DNA of 58,385 nucleotides from the NCBI GenBank assembly GCA_017534945.1, contig JAFXVB010000023.1, forward strand, positions 1 to 58,385. Reading direction: 5' to 3'. Positions 1 to 9,633 of the stretch are shown here, piece after piece. The notes under the pieces are model-generated. The model saw only the letters and a program-made list of their open reading frames with translations. It made no database searches and had not been told where the DNA came from. The position numbers and the translations under genes were made by a program. Numbering within the stretch: position 1 is the stretch's first letter; each line of letters opens with the position of its first letter. The DNA is from Alphaproteobacteria bacterium (GTDB taxonomy: Bacteria > Pseudomonadota > Alphaproteobacteria > Rs-D84).

Positions 1-10
1 AGGAAGTTTC

Positions 11-262
11 ATGCAAAAAATATGTCAAAGCTGTGCTATGCCGATGAACGATGAATCTGTATTTGGAACAAACAAAGACGGTTCTAAAAATTCAGATTAT
101 TGTATTTATTGCTATAAAGATGGTCAATTTCTTCAACAAGCAACTATGGAAGAATACATCGAAATGATGGTTCCGTTCGCGTCTCAGGCAAATATGACTG
201 GTGATCAAATGCGTGAATATTGTCAAAAAATATATCCGACATTAAAAAGATGGAAAAAATAA
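11..262 (+). CDS. zinc-ribbon domain protein (Zn_ribbon_2-like)
   Basis: CQSCAMPM...DYCIYCYKDG motif; 83 aa. Confidence 0.8.
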   Translation: MQKICQSCAMPMNDESVFGTNKDGSKNSDYCIYCYKDGQFLQQATMEEYIEMMVPFASQANMTGDQMREYCQKIYPTLKRWKK

Positions 263-283
263 AACGACCACCAAAACGGAGGT

Positions 284-806
284 CTTTTTATTTTGGCAGG
301 GCCATCTGTGCAATTCACGAGCTGATTTTATTCACAATTTGTTGCAGTTTGGGAAAGATGTTAAGTTATTTTTGAACTTGTAATACTAAAATTGCTAAGA
401 TATAATCGCATTGCAAAAGGATACATAATGACAAAAGAAGAACAAAAACGAGAAAGGAAATATAATTATCTCGGTACATGTGCAATAATTGTTTTATTCG
501 GTTGTACCATTTACATGGTGGGTGGTGTCATAATACCAAGAGGAATAAAAGAAAAGGAAGAAAAAGCCAAGCAAGCTGTTATCGATAACAAAGTGAAACA
601 ATACGAACAAACATTGCCTTATTACAAAGAATATCTACAAACCAAGGAACAAATCACACAATATCGTGATAGTTTGCAACGTGTGATAAAATAGTTCGTA
701 AATGTGTGAAACGGTGTGTGTTTTCAACACCTAACTTACGAACTCGTGAAAGCATTAGAAATCCAATCAAAAAAACACCCAAACGGTGGCCTTTTTATTT
801 TGGCAG
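284..806. repeat. 16-bp direct repeat CTTTTTATTTTGGCAG (284-299 and 791-806)
   Basis: Exact match; includes the last 6 nt of tRNA-Glu; similar hairpin terminators lie next to both copies. Confidence 0.7.
428..694 (+). CDS. hypothetical protein, one TM helix plus coiled coil
   Basis: AAAAGGA SD before ATG 428; hydrophobic stretch LGTCAIIVLFGCTIYMVGGVII. Confidence 0.6.
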   Translation: MTKEEQKRERKYNYLGTCAIIVLFGCTIYMVGGVIIPRGIKEKEEKAKQAVIDNKVKQYEQTLPYYKEYLQTKEQITQYRDSLQRVIK

Positions 807-875
807 CCCCACTCGGATTTGAACCGGGATTCTCGCCTTGAAAGGGCGGTGTCCTAACCATTAGACGATGGGGCC
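801..875 (-). tRNA. tRNA-Glu(TTC)
   Basis: Reverse complement GGCCCCATCGTCTAATGGTTAGGACACCGCCCTTTCAAGGCGAGAATCCCGGTTCAAATCCGAGTGGGGCTGCCA; cloverleaf with encoded CCA. Confidence 0.97.
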
Positions 876-949
876 AAAACTCTGTAATGCCGACAAATTT
901 TATATGAAAAAATATCACTTGTCAAGTATTTACTGTCGAAATACGGGGG

Positions 950-1651
950 TTATTCCCTCCAAACCACAGATTCGAATTTAGAATTTATATAATTCCGCAA
1001 TTCAGTGTTATTAAAAAATTGTTCGCGGGCCTCGGGGGTGGTCGCGTGTTCTGCATCCTCGAAATGAGGTTGATATTTTTGGATTGCGATTTTTTTTACA
1101 CCGCGTCCGGCACAATCCTGAACAATTTCCATCAAATCATCTTTGGTGATAAAACGCGGGTCGCATGTGACACGAACCTCGAAATCTTTGCCGGTTGAAA
1201 TCCAAAAATCTAATGATTTACTCATTTGGTCGTATGCAATACCATTTCCAACCAGTGATTCATATTTTGCGCGTGTTGCCTTGTAATCAATGCCCGCCCA
1301 ATCAACAAAAGGTGCCGCACGTTTTAATAAATCAGGATAAAAACCATTTGTGTGCAATCCAATTGCAAATCCCAATTCCCGCACACGTTTCATATACTCA
1401 ATGGTGGCATCGCCTTGCATCAACGCTTCGCCACCAGAAAAAACGATGGCCTCTAAACGTCCCGTACGTGATTTAATCCAATCAAATGTTTTTTCCGGGT
1501 CGTATGGACCATCACCAACCTGTAATAAATGGGGATTGGAACAATACGCACACCGCAAAGGACATCCAACCAAGAACAGCACAGCCGCCAATTTTCCAGG
1601 ATAATCAATTGTGGTGAACGGAACCAATCCCCCAATTTGAATTTCGCGCAT
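950..1651 (-). CDS. nrdG: anaerobic ribonucleotide reductase activating enzyme (radical SAM)
   Basis: TTIDYPGKLAAVLFLVGCPLRCAYCSNP, FSGGEA; downstream of nrdD. Confidence 0.93.
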   Translation of the reverse strand: MREIQIGGLVPFTTIDYPGKLAAVLFLVGCPLRCAYCSNPHLLQVGDGPYDPEKTFDWIKSRTGRLEAIVFSGGEALMQGDATIEYMKRVRELGFAIGLHTNGFYPDLLKRAAPFVDWAGIDYKATRAKYESLVGNGIAYDQMSKSLDFWISTGKDFEVRVTCDPRFITKDDLMEIVQDCAGRGVKKIAIQKYQPHFEDAEHATTPEAREQFFNNTELRNYINSKFESVVWRE

Positions 1652-1655
1652 AACT

Positions 1656-1841
1656 TTAAGCCGCTTTCTTTAACAATTCCTGATGACGAGCCCCCGTAGT
1701 CAAACAATTACATTCTTTGAAAGTATTGCGTTCTTCAAATTCCGCGCGTTTACCAATGTTAAAGTTGCTTACCGGACGGTAATATCCCATTGCGCGTGAA
1801 AATTTTTCGCATGGTGTTCTTAAATTTGTTTCTGGGTTCAT
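1656..1841 (-). CDS. stand-alone NrdD C-terminal glycyl-radical peptide
   Basis: CEKFSRAMGYYRPVSNFNIGKRAEFEER; own AGGAGG SD. Confidence 0.85.
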   Translation of the reverse strand: MNPETNLRTPCEKFSRAMGYYRPVSNFNIGKRAEFEERNTFKECNCLTTGARHQELLKKAA

Positions 1842-1892
1842 CGTTTTCCTCCTTGTTATTTTTTTTGTTTGTTAAACTGTTTATATCAACCA

Positions 1893-3926
1893 TCACAGGT
1901 CGAAATTTTCATTATGGCAATCAGCACACTCTCTATTGCTGTTTGCCGCAATTTCCGCATCACACTTTGGACAGAAATCATATGCCCCCGGCAAATAGCC
2001 ATGTTTTGGACATATTGAAAATGTCGGTGTCAATGTCATGTATGGAATCTTGTAATTTCCAAAGATTGTCCGTACAATTTTCATTGCCGCATCGGCACTG
2101 GATACGGGTTCGCCCATATACAGGTGGAACATAGTTCCGCCGGTGTATTTGCGTTGTAATTCTTCTTGGTGTTCCAATGCAACAAATGGGTCATCTGTAT
2201 AATTCACAGGCAGTTGTGTTGAATTAGTATAATATGGCGCATCCGGTGTTCCCGCGGTAATAATATCAGGATAATTCTTTTTATCTGTTTTTGCGAAACG
2301 ATATGAACATCCTTCGGCCGGTGTCGCTTCCAGGTTATATAAATTGCCGGTTGCTTCTTGGTAATTCGCCAAATTGTCGCGGATAAAATCCATAACATCC
2401 AAAACCAATTTCTTACCAAATACAGATGCAATGTTTTCGGCGCCGTTTGTAAAGTTCAAAACCATTTCATTTGCGCCATTTACGCCGATTGTCGAAAAGT
2501 GATGATTCCAATCGCCCAAATAACGTTTGGTAAATGGATACAAACCGCGTTCCATATTCTTGGTAAGAATACGGCGTTTGATTTCCAAAGAATCGCGTGC
2601 CATATCCAATAATTTCTTTAATTCGCGGAACAAACCTTCGCGGTCGCCTTTGTGCAAATAACCCAAACGCGACAGGTTGATTGTCACCACACCCAAAGAA
2701 CCGGTCTTTTCCGCAGATCCAAACAAACCGCCACCGCGTTTCAGCAATTCACGCACGTCCAAACGCAAGCGACAGCACATAGAACGCACATCCGTTGGAT
2801 TTAAATCAGAATTCAAGAAATTCTGGAAATTTGGTAAACCATATTTCGCCGCACATTCAAACAAAGGTTTTACATTTGGATGTTCCCATGGAAAATCGTC
2901 AGTAATATTATATGTTGGAATAGGGAAGGTGAACGGACGTCCCAAAGCATCGCCTTCGGTTAAAACCTCTAAAAATGCTTTGTTAATCATATCCATTTCG
3001 GCCTGCAAATCGCCGTATGTAAAGTCAACCTGTTTCCCACCAATAAATGGACGTTGTGCGCGCAAATCCTTTGGACATGTCCAATCAAATGTAAAGTTGA
3101 TAAACGGTGTTTGTGTTCCCCAACGACATGGCACAGCACAGTTAAAGATAAGTGTTTGCATAGAATTTTTAACATCTTCGTATGTCAATTTATCAATACG
3201 AACATACGGTGCCAAATATGTATCAACCGACGAAAACGCCTGGGCCCCAGCAAATTCATTTTGCAAAGTCCCAAGGAAATTCACCATATGTGAAATTGCT
3301 GTTGCCATATGCTTTGCCGGACCACATTGCAAATAACCCGGAACACCGTTAAACCCTTCGTATAACAATTCACGCAAAGACCAACCGGCGCAATAACCAC
3401 TAAGCCACCCAAGGTCATGAATATGCAACGCGGCGTTTTTATGTGCATCCGCAATTTCTTGGGGATACAAATGCAACCAATATTCCGCAGTAACGCGTTC
3501 ACTGGTCCGTAAAATAAGACCACCAATAGAATAGCCGATGTTCGCGTTTTCTTTGACGCGCCAATCGGCCTCTGTCACATAACCATCAATAACCTTTACC
3601 GCATCAATATTTGCATCGCGGATTTCGCTGTGTTTTTGACGATATATAATGTATGACTCTGCGGTTTTATATGCGCGTGAATCCATCAAAGTTTGAACAA
3701 CGGTTTCTTGAACCTGTTCAACGGTTGGAATTGTATCGGCAAATTGTATATCCAATTTATTTAATACAAATTGTGTGATTGTGAAAACCTGAGATTCATT
3801 TAATTCATGTGTAACGGCCACAGCCTTGGAAATTGCATCATAAATTTTTGCCGCATCAAAATCGACAGTTTCCCCAGAACGTTTAATGATTTTTGTCTGC
3901 TTTGTAAGAAATGTAAGTTCACCCAT
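1893..3926 (-). CDS. nrdD: class III ribonucleoside-triphosphate reductase with ATP cone, lacking the Gly-radical tail
   Basis: IIKRSGETVDFD ATP cone, HIHDLG, RSMCCRL, EATPAEG, YTGGT, CPKHG...CPKC. Confidence 0.95.
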   Translation of the reverse strand: MGELTFLTKQTKIIKRSGETVDFDAAKIYDAISKAVAVTHELNESQVFTITQFVLNKLDIQFADTIPTVEQVQETVVQTLMDSRAYKTAESYIIYRQKHSEIRDANIDAVKVIDGYVTEADWRVKENANIGYSIGGLILRTSERVTAEYWLHLYPQEIADAHKNAALHIHDLGWLSGYCAGWSLRELLYEGFNGVPGYLQCGPAKHMATAISHMVNFLGTLQNEFAGAQAFSSVDTYLAPYVRIDKLTYEDVKNSMQTLIFNCAVPCRWGTQTPFINFTFDWTCPKDLRAQRPFIGGKQVDFTYGDLQAEMDMINKAFLEVLTEGDALGRPFTFPIPTYNITDDFPWEHPNVKPLFECAAKYGLPNFQNFLNSDLNPTDVRSMCCRLRLDVRELLKRGGGLFGSAEKTGSLGVVTINLSRLGYLHKGDREGLFRELKKLLDMARDSLEIKRRILTKNMERGLYPFTKRYLGDWNHHFSTIGVNGANEMVLNFTNGAENIASVFGKKLVLDVMDFIRDNLANYQEATGNLYNLEATPAEGCSYRFAKTDKKNYPDIITAGTPDAPYYTNSTQLPVNYTDDPFVALEHQEELQRKYTGGTMFHLYMGEPVSSADAAMKIVRTIFGNYKIPYMTLTPTFSICPKHGYLPGAYDFCPKCDAEIAANSNRECADCHNENFDL

Positions 3927-3939
3927 ATTTTTGTCCTTA

Positions 3940-3987
3940 AATCTATATGTAGTAATTTTTGATTTTGTCTATAACAATATATAGTAT
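3940..3987. promoter_or_regulatory. tandem NrdR boxes, pair 1
   Basis: aatCTATATGTAGtaa (3940-3955) and taaCAATATATAGtat (3972-3987); cores 32 bp apart; next to the nrdD start; match the acaCwAtATaTwGtgt consensus. Confidence 0.8.
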
Positions 3988-4168
3988 GGCGAAAATAATC
4001 TCAATAAAGAAAAATACATTTTTTATATTTTTTTACTTGCATTGCACAAATGGTATGATTTCCGGCGTTTTTTATGGTGCGAATCGTTGAAAAATTGACA
4101 CAAAACACCAATTTGTATGCCGAAAAAAGTCTTTTTTTGGAAAAATACGATTCGAAAAACACCTAATA

Positions 4169-4216
4169 ACACAAAATATAGTGATAAAAACTATAATTGA
4201 CCACTATATGTTGACA
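4169..4216. promoter_or_regulatory. tandem NrdR boxes, pair 2
   Basis: acaCAAAATATAGtga (4169-4184) and ccaCTATATGTTGaca (4201-4216); cores 32 bp apart. Confidence 0.7.
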
Positions 4217-4292
4217 AAATAATATAAAGTTTGATAAATACGATAATCAAATGTATAATATATGTAAAGGATAGATATCAAAGGATGTTCAT

Positions 4293-4901
4293 ATGGCAAA
4301 TAAAAACACTAAATTGCGCGAAGTTTTACTTAATAACGTGGAATATTTAATTGATCATGTTTTCCAGAAACGTGTAAATGCGGTGGACGAACAAATAACT
4401 AAATTAAAATCTGTGTTGGATAATTTAGATGGCCAAATGAAAACTATAACCACAGAATACAGGGAACAAATATTTGACCCTAATACTCTTGATATAAAAG
4501 CTGTGTCTGGTGACGATAAAGATATAATGAAATACACAGAAGACTTTAAAAGTTTGCAAGATAAAAAACGACCAATTGACAATGAATTTAAAAAACTATT
4601 AGAACAAAAGGGAATTTTGGAAACGCCATTACATTTGTTGCAATCGTTGCACAAAGCAAAAAAATCTGTTCAAGACAAACAAATGGCAATTACCGGAACA
4701 GAAACATATATCAGTATGAATGGTCGGTTTGAAAATGTCGACGAAGAAGAAAAAAATTTAGATACATATAATGCTGAATTAAAGGTTTTGGAAACAAAAT
4801 TGGAACAAGAAATTATAAATTGTTTGGATAATACCAATATAAAAAACGCACTTGAACAACTTATACACTTATTACAAAACACGCGCAGCCGTCGCGACTA
4901 A
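4293..4901 (+). CDS. hypothetical coiled-coil protein
   Basis: 202-aa ORF, AAGGA SD, heptad-rich. Confidence 0.7.
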   Translation: MANKNTKLREVLLNNVEYLIDHVFQKRVNAVDEQITKLKSVLDNLDGQMKTITTEYREQIFDPNTLDIKAVSGDDKDIMKYTEDFKSLQDKKRPIDNEFKKLLEQKGILETPLHLLQSLHKAKKSVQDKQMAITGTETYISMNGRFENVDEEEKNLDTYNAELKVLETKLEQEIINCLDNTNIKNALEQLIHLLQNTRSRRD

Positions 4902-6127
4902 TTACAAATTGTGATATATGGCGGAAACGATAATTCTGTGTTCACACCGCGTTCGCCACAATCCATACAATTAAATTTCCTGTTTTGTGAATGTTCCGTA
5001 TCCAACACGACCGCATGTCCTGTTATATCCGATACATTATTAATATATTTTGCATCTGGAAAACCAAAGTATAACCCTTGGGTTTCGCCGGTGCATTCTG
5101 TGGCGTCATCTGGATAACAAGCATTTGATGATATTTTTGTTGTATCAGGCACACAATGTGCAACGCATGTATCTTCGTCAACAATCATTTTTTCGCACGC
5201 AGTACATGTTAATTGACCAATTGATACACTGGATTTTCCGCGCCCCGGTATAACCGGCATTTTTATATGTGAACATTTTGTATTTGTTGCGGTTTTATTT
5301 GGATCAATAATACATTCCCATGTCATTGTTGTATAGTTTAATTTTGCAGTTGTATTTCCGTCGCATTTTCGACTGGGGAAAGGGTCAACACATTCCCAAA
5401 TACCATCAACTAAAATCGCCGTTTGCACAGAATTGCACAACGGTTTCAAAGAATCATCAGGAACACAACTGTTTGTTGCGTAATCCCAAATTGTGTCCCC
5501 GGCGCAACTGGTTTTCGTATTATATCCAATACATTGCCACCGACCGAAACGCAAAATTTTTGATGTTCCAACCGGACACACAACATCGTCAACAGCCGGT
5601 GCAGTAAAGGTCGCCGCCGGATCTGTTTTTGCGAATTGGGTTATATAAACCAATTGACCGTCCATCATATGCATATGTGATACCAAAGATGCCGGCACCG
5701 AACGTTTTGTGACCGTAGCCCCCGAAATAATATTTCCTTCTTGGAAAATCCCAAAATTACCTGCATCGGCAAAATTCTTTTCCAAAATAGTCATGGTATT
5801 ATTAAATTGCGCGTCCGGTATTGTCCCAGACGTTGTGACAACATAATTATAAACACTTGTCCCGCCACATCCTGTCATATTCATGCGTTTATCCAGACAT
5901 ACAATATCAGATTGAATTCCATTTTGTGTCACGCATACATCAACAAACTTTGTTCCATTTAAATTTGCATTATGTACGGCGGCGGTGCATTCTATAATCG
6001 CACGTAAATCAGCGTATTTTACAGCATATTCAGTTTCAAAATCAGGGGTACGCACAGACGGCGCACTGAATATATAATATGCGCCCAAAAATAATGCCAC
6101 CAAAACGGTGAGAAAAATATTCATCAT
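4898..6127 (-). CDS. Cys-rich exported/membrane-anchored protein
   Basis: GGGGGA SD before MMNIFLTVLVALFLGAYY; many C-x-C/W-x-C repeats in the C-terminal half. Confidence 0.75.
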   Translation of the reverse strand: MMNIFLTVLVALFLGAYYIFSAPSVRTPDFETEYAVKYADLRAIIECTAAVHNANLNGTKFVDVCVTQNGIQSDIVCLDKRMNMTGCGGTSVYNYVVTTSGTIPDAQFNNTMTILEKNFADAGNFGIFQEGNIISGATVTKRSVPASLVSHMHMMDGQLVYITQFAKTDPAATFTAPAVDDVVCPVGTSKILRFGRWQCIGYNTKTSCAGDTIWDYATNSCVPDDSLKPLCNSVQTAILVDGIWECVDPFPSRKCDGNTTAKLNYTTMTWECIIDPNKTATNTKCSHIKMPVIPGRGKSSVSIGQLTCTACEKMIVDEDTCVAHCVPDTTKISSNACYPDDATECTGETQGLYFGFPDAKYINNVSDITGHAVVLDTEHSQNRKFNCMDCGERGVNTELSFPPYITICN

Positions 6128-6215
6128 TCCCCCTTGCGATTTATTAAAAGTGTAGGTAATATAAATACAAAAAGCAACAACAAAACCATTAACAAAATAA
6201 AAAGAACTTACGAAT

Positions 6216-6683
6216 ATGAAAAAATTACTTGTCTTATTATTGGTGGCCGGATGTGGATTTCGTCCTATGTTTTCTGGGGATGATACAGACATCTATGTTG
6301 ATAAAATAAATGGCATAAATGGTATTGAATTGCGCAATGCATTAAACGCTAAATTTGGTGGTGCGCGCGATTCAAATGCAATGTATAAATTGGTTGTGCG
6401 CTTGGACGAACCAACAAAAACATACAAAGGCTTGGATACAACCGGAACCGCCACATGGCAGGCAATTAAACTTACCGCGCATTATGATTTATATGCTGGG
6501 AATTCGGTTATTGCATCTGGTAATGAAACCGCGGCGGAATCATATACATTTGTAAATTATTTGGTTGCGGCAAATGCGTCTTATAATAACGCCGTTCAAA
6601 ACATTGTTTCCGTATTGGCGGATAAAATCAGCAGTCGCGCAATCGCAGAAACTCAAAAATATCAAAGTGCGGATAAAAAATAA
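6216..6683 (+). CDS. lptE: LPS assembly lipoprotein LptE
   Basis: Lipobox VAGC followed by GFRPM; directly upstream of holA (conserved synteny). Confidence 0.75.
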   Translation: MKKLLVLLLVAGCGFRPMFSGDDTDIYVDKINGINGIELRNALNAKFGGARDSNAMYKLVVRLDEPTKTYKGLDTTGTATWQAIKLTAHYDLYAGNSVIASGNETAAESYTFVNYLVAANASYNNAVQNIVSVLADKISSRAIAETQKYQSADKK

Positions 6684-7672
6684 TGAAATGGAAGGCGACT
6701 GATTTTAAAAACGGTATTAAAAACACGAAATCTGTGTTGATTTACGGGCCTGATTTGGGTCAGGTTGATGAATGGTGTGATAAAGCGGTCGAAATTCTAC
6801 AAATCGAAAAAGATAATTTGTTTGTAATTGATGCCGATGAATTCCGGGACAGACAAGATTATATTTTTGCCGAAGGATGCAGTCCTTCTATGTTCGGCGG
6901 TCAAAAAATGATAATTATTGCAAATGCCGGTGATGCATCGGCAAAACAAATTGCAGATTTGGTTTTTCATCCTGGTTTATGTGCAACGGTCATTGTTTGC
7001 GCTGGGGAATTGCGCGCGGGTGGTGGTTTACGCACAATGTTTGAAAACGATGCGTCTGTTGCGGCATTGCCATGCTATACTGATGATGCACGCACACTCG
7101 AAGGACTTATTCGCGAAACATTATCTGCATCTGCGGGTATTGACCAAATAACCCCCGATGCCATGGATTACATGACATCGCACCTTGGGGGGGATCGTGG
7201 AATTACGCGCGGTTTTTTATCCAAAATTGCATTGTATGTCGGTGATAAAAAAATCGTAGAGTTAGAAGATGTTGAAAAATGTTTGCCGGATACATCTGCA
7301 TCGGACATTGATGATTATTTGTATTCTTTGACGGCGGGTTATGTTATGCAAACCATGACCGCATTGGATCGATTGATGTATGACAATGTTGAACCAAATA
7401 TGTTGATACGCATGTTGGATTCGCATTTTAAAAAACTTTTAACTGCGGTTGTTGACGGACAATTACCGCGTCTGTTTTGGAAGGTTTCTGACAAATTTAA
7501 TCGCGCAATAAAAATATGGACTGAACCGGATATTGATGCTGTATTGGTTCGATTAAACGAATTGGAACGTCAATTACGTACAACCGGTATGCCGGCAGAG
7601 GTTTTATTACGCGACTTTTCATTAAAATTAGCATTACGAACAACAAAAATGGCACTAAGGAGACGAAAATAA
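6683..7672 (+). CDS. holA: DNA polymerase III delta subunit
   Basis: LIYGPDLGQV, SPSMFGG, LPCYTDD, LGGDRG. Confidence 0.9.
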   Translation: MKWKATDFKNGIKNTKSVLIYGPDLGQVDEWCDKAVEILQIEKDNLFVIDADEFRDRQDYIFAEGCSPSMFGGQKMIIIANAGDASAKQIADLVFHPGLCATVIVCAGELRAGGGLRTMFENDASVAALPCYTDDARTLEGLIRETLSASAGIDQITPDAMDYMTSHLGGDRGITRGFLSKIALYVGDKKIVELEDVEKCLPDTSASDIDDYLYSLTAGYVMQTMTALDRLMYDNVEPNMLIRMLDSHFKKLLTAVVDGQLPRLFWKVSDKFNRAIKIWTEPDIDAVLVRLNELERQLRTTGMPAEVLLRDFSLKLALRTTKMALRRRK

Positions 7673-8433
7673 TGCTTGCATCTGTATATGCCCCAAAGGA
7701 TTTTAAACGGCTTCGTGCGGCGGGTGATTTGGTGGCACGTTGTTTTGATTATATTACACCATATATTCGTGCTGGGATTTCAACCGGTGAAATTGACCGG
7801 TTGGTTGCCGAATTTTTAAAGGCGAACGGCGCGCGTTCATCGGACCTTGGGTACATGGGGTATCCAAAACATATTTGCACATCGGTGAACGATGTTATTG
7901 TGCATGGTATCCCAAACGATAACGAAATTTTAAAAGATGGTGATATTGTTAATGTCGATTTAACTGCGGAATACAAAGGGTTTCATGGTGATTCATCGCG
8001 TATGTTTATGATTGGTAATGTGTCAAACAGGGCGCGTGAATTGGTTCAAACATGCCAAGATGCGTTAAACGCGGCAATATCTGTATGTGCGCCGGGTGTA
8101 CCACTTTCTGAAATTGGCAAAACCATAGAGGCGGTTGTAAAACCACATGGTTTTTCCATATCGCGTGATTTTGTTGGACATGGTATTGGCAAGGTTATGC
8201 ATGATGATCCACAAATATTTCACTTTTACGATAAAATGTGGGATAAAGTGAAAATGGTTCCTGGGTTGGTATTTACGATTGAACCGATGATAAATACTGG
8301 GTTGCCAAATTGTAAAATTGATGCTGATGGTTGGACGGCGCGTACGGTTGATGGCGGGTTGTCTGCGCAATGGGAACATACATTGGGAATCACCGAAGAT
8401 GGTGTAACAATATTCACAGAAAAAATGGTATAA
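7672..8433 (+). CDS. map: type I methionine aminopeptidase
   Basis: CTSVNDVIVHGIP, DSSRMF, GHGIG, FTIEPMIN, SAQWEHT. Confidence 0.97.
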   Translation: MLASVYAPKDFKRLRAAGDLVARCFDYITPYIRAGISTGEIDRLVAEFLKANGARSSDLGYMGYPKHICTSVNDVIVHGIPNDNEILKDGDIVNVDLTAEYKGFHGDSSRMFMIGNVSNRARELVQTCQDALNAAISVCAPGVPLSEIGKTIEAVVKPHGFSISRDFVGHGIGKVMHDDPQIFHFYDKMWDKVKMVPGLVFTIEPMINTGLPNCKIDADGWTARTVDGGLSAQWEHTLGITEDGVTIFTEKMV

Positions 8434-8437
8434 AAAA

Positions 8438-9121
8438 TTGGCGGGCACAGATTCTAAATTTCATAACGGACATCGTGAAAGATTGCGTCAAAAATTTCTG
8501 GACGACAAGTTGGCCGAATACGAAAAACTAGAATTAATGTTGGGTTATGTTGTGCCGCGTCGTGATATGCGTCCATTGGCACACGCATTGTTAAAGAAAT
8601 TTGGATCTTTGGGATGTGTTTTAACCGCGCCATTTGATGAATTGATTGCTTTTCCTGGGATTGGTCGCAATATTGCAATATTTTTGAAATTGGTTCATCA
8701 AATTATGTTGGACGGGTATCGTGGTGCATTGGGAAATGCGCCTATTTTTCATGATATAAATGTTTTAAAGAATTATTGCAAATGGGCATTGGCGGGCAAA
8801 GATGTTGAAGAATTTCATGTGTTATATATGGATACAGATTATCGTTTAATCAAAGATGAAATACACAGTGTCGGCACATTTAATATGGCCGAAGTATATG
8901 CTCGTGAAATTGTGAAACACGCATTAAAATTAAATGCACCGGTTATCGCATTAATACACAATCATCCGGCCAGTGATAAAGGTTTTTCTCAACAAGATGT
9001 ATCAACCACAGAAACATTGCAAAAATTGTGTGATGATTTGGATATAAAATTATATGACCATTTATTAGTATCAAAATATTCTATGTATTCTGGACGCGAT
9101 TACGGTTTTATACATGGTTAA
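8438..9121 (+). CDS. radC: RadC/JAB family protein
   Basis: GHRERLRQKF, HNHPAS, DHLLV; TTG start. Confidence 0.9.
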   Translation: MAGTDSKFHNGHRERLRQKFLDDKLAEYEKLELMLGYVVPRRDMRPLAHALLKKFGSLGCVLTAPFDELIAFPGIGRNIAIFLKLVHQIMLDGYRGALGNAPIFHDINVLKNYCKWALAGKDVEEFHVLYMDTDYRLIKDEIHSVGTFNMAEVYAREIVKHALKLNAPVIALIHNHPASDKGFSQQDVSTTETLQKLCDDLDIKLYDHLLVSKYSMYSGRDYGFIHG

Positions 9122-9621
9122 AAATTAAATTCATAATTTGCATTATTATTATCATAATTTGCATTATTATCATCATCGTCGTATGCAGAATCTGTGATGG
9201 TTGTATGTTCATACATTGGTTGTGTCAAAGTGGCATTACGCATATCTAATAATTCTTGGACTTGGGCCTGTGAAATTTTTATAACATCACACTGTGATAC
9301 AACATATTTGCCGGCACCCAATACATTTACCGCCGGTATAGCCGCAGATAACGTTCCAAAAATCAATACCAAAGTGCGCAAATTTTTTGCGATATCACTG
9401 GCACTGTACATTGCACCACGCACCATAACAACGCCCCATCCCGCCAACAAAAACGCAGTAATAACAGAAATAATAATCCATGCAGTATTTATAAATTCTA
9501 ATAACGGTGGCCATATACATGTTGGATCGGTCAAACATAAATATCCAACCTGGCAACTTTGTATTTCATAACCGGCCTGATTAAGTAATTGTGCCACATC
9601 TGCTAATGCGCCCGGATTCAT
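9118..9621 (-). CDS. hypothetical membrane protein (2 TM)
   Basis: Two hydrophobic segments; short C-terminal NNANY repeat. Confidence 0.65.
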   Translation of the reverse strand: MNPGALADVAQLLNQAGYEIQSCQVGYLCLTDPTCIWPPLLEFINTAWIIISVITAFLLAGWGVVMVRGAMYSASDIAKNLRTLVLIFGTLSAAIPAVNVLGAGKYVVSQCDVIKISQAQVQELLDMRNATLTQPMYEHTTITDSAYDDDDNNANYDNNNANYEFNF

Positions 9622-9633
9622 AATTTATACACC

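Noticed and set aside
693-800. Integron attC site after ORF 428-694
   Set aside because: ACCTAAC fits RYYYAAC, but there is no downstream GTTRRRY partner and no integron integrase.
1842-1895. Stop read-through joining nrdD to its tail
   Set aside because: In-frame TAA follows three codons after the TGA, and the small ORF has its own strong SD.
9121-9180. Short tandem duplication encoding NNANY twice
   Set aside because: Ordinary slippage in a low-complexity C-terminus.
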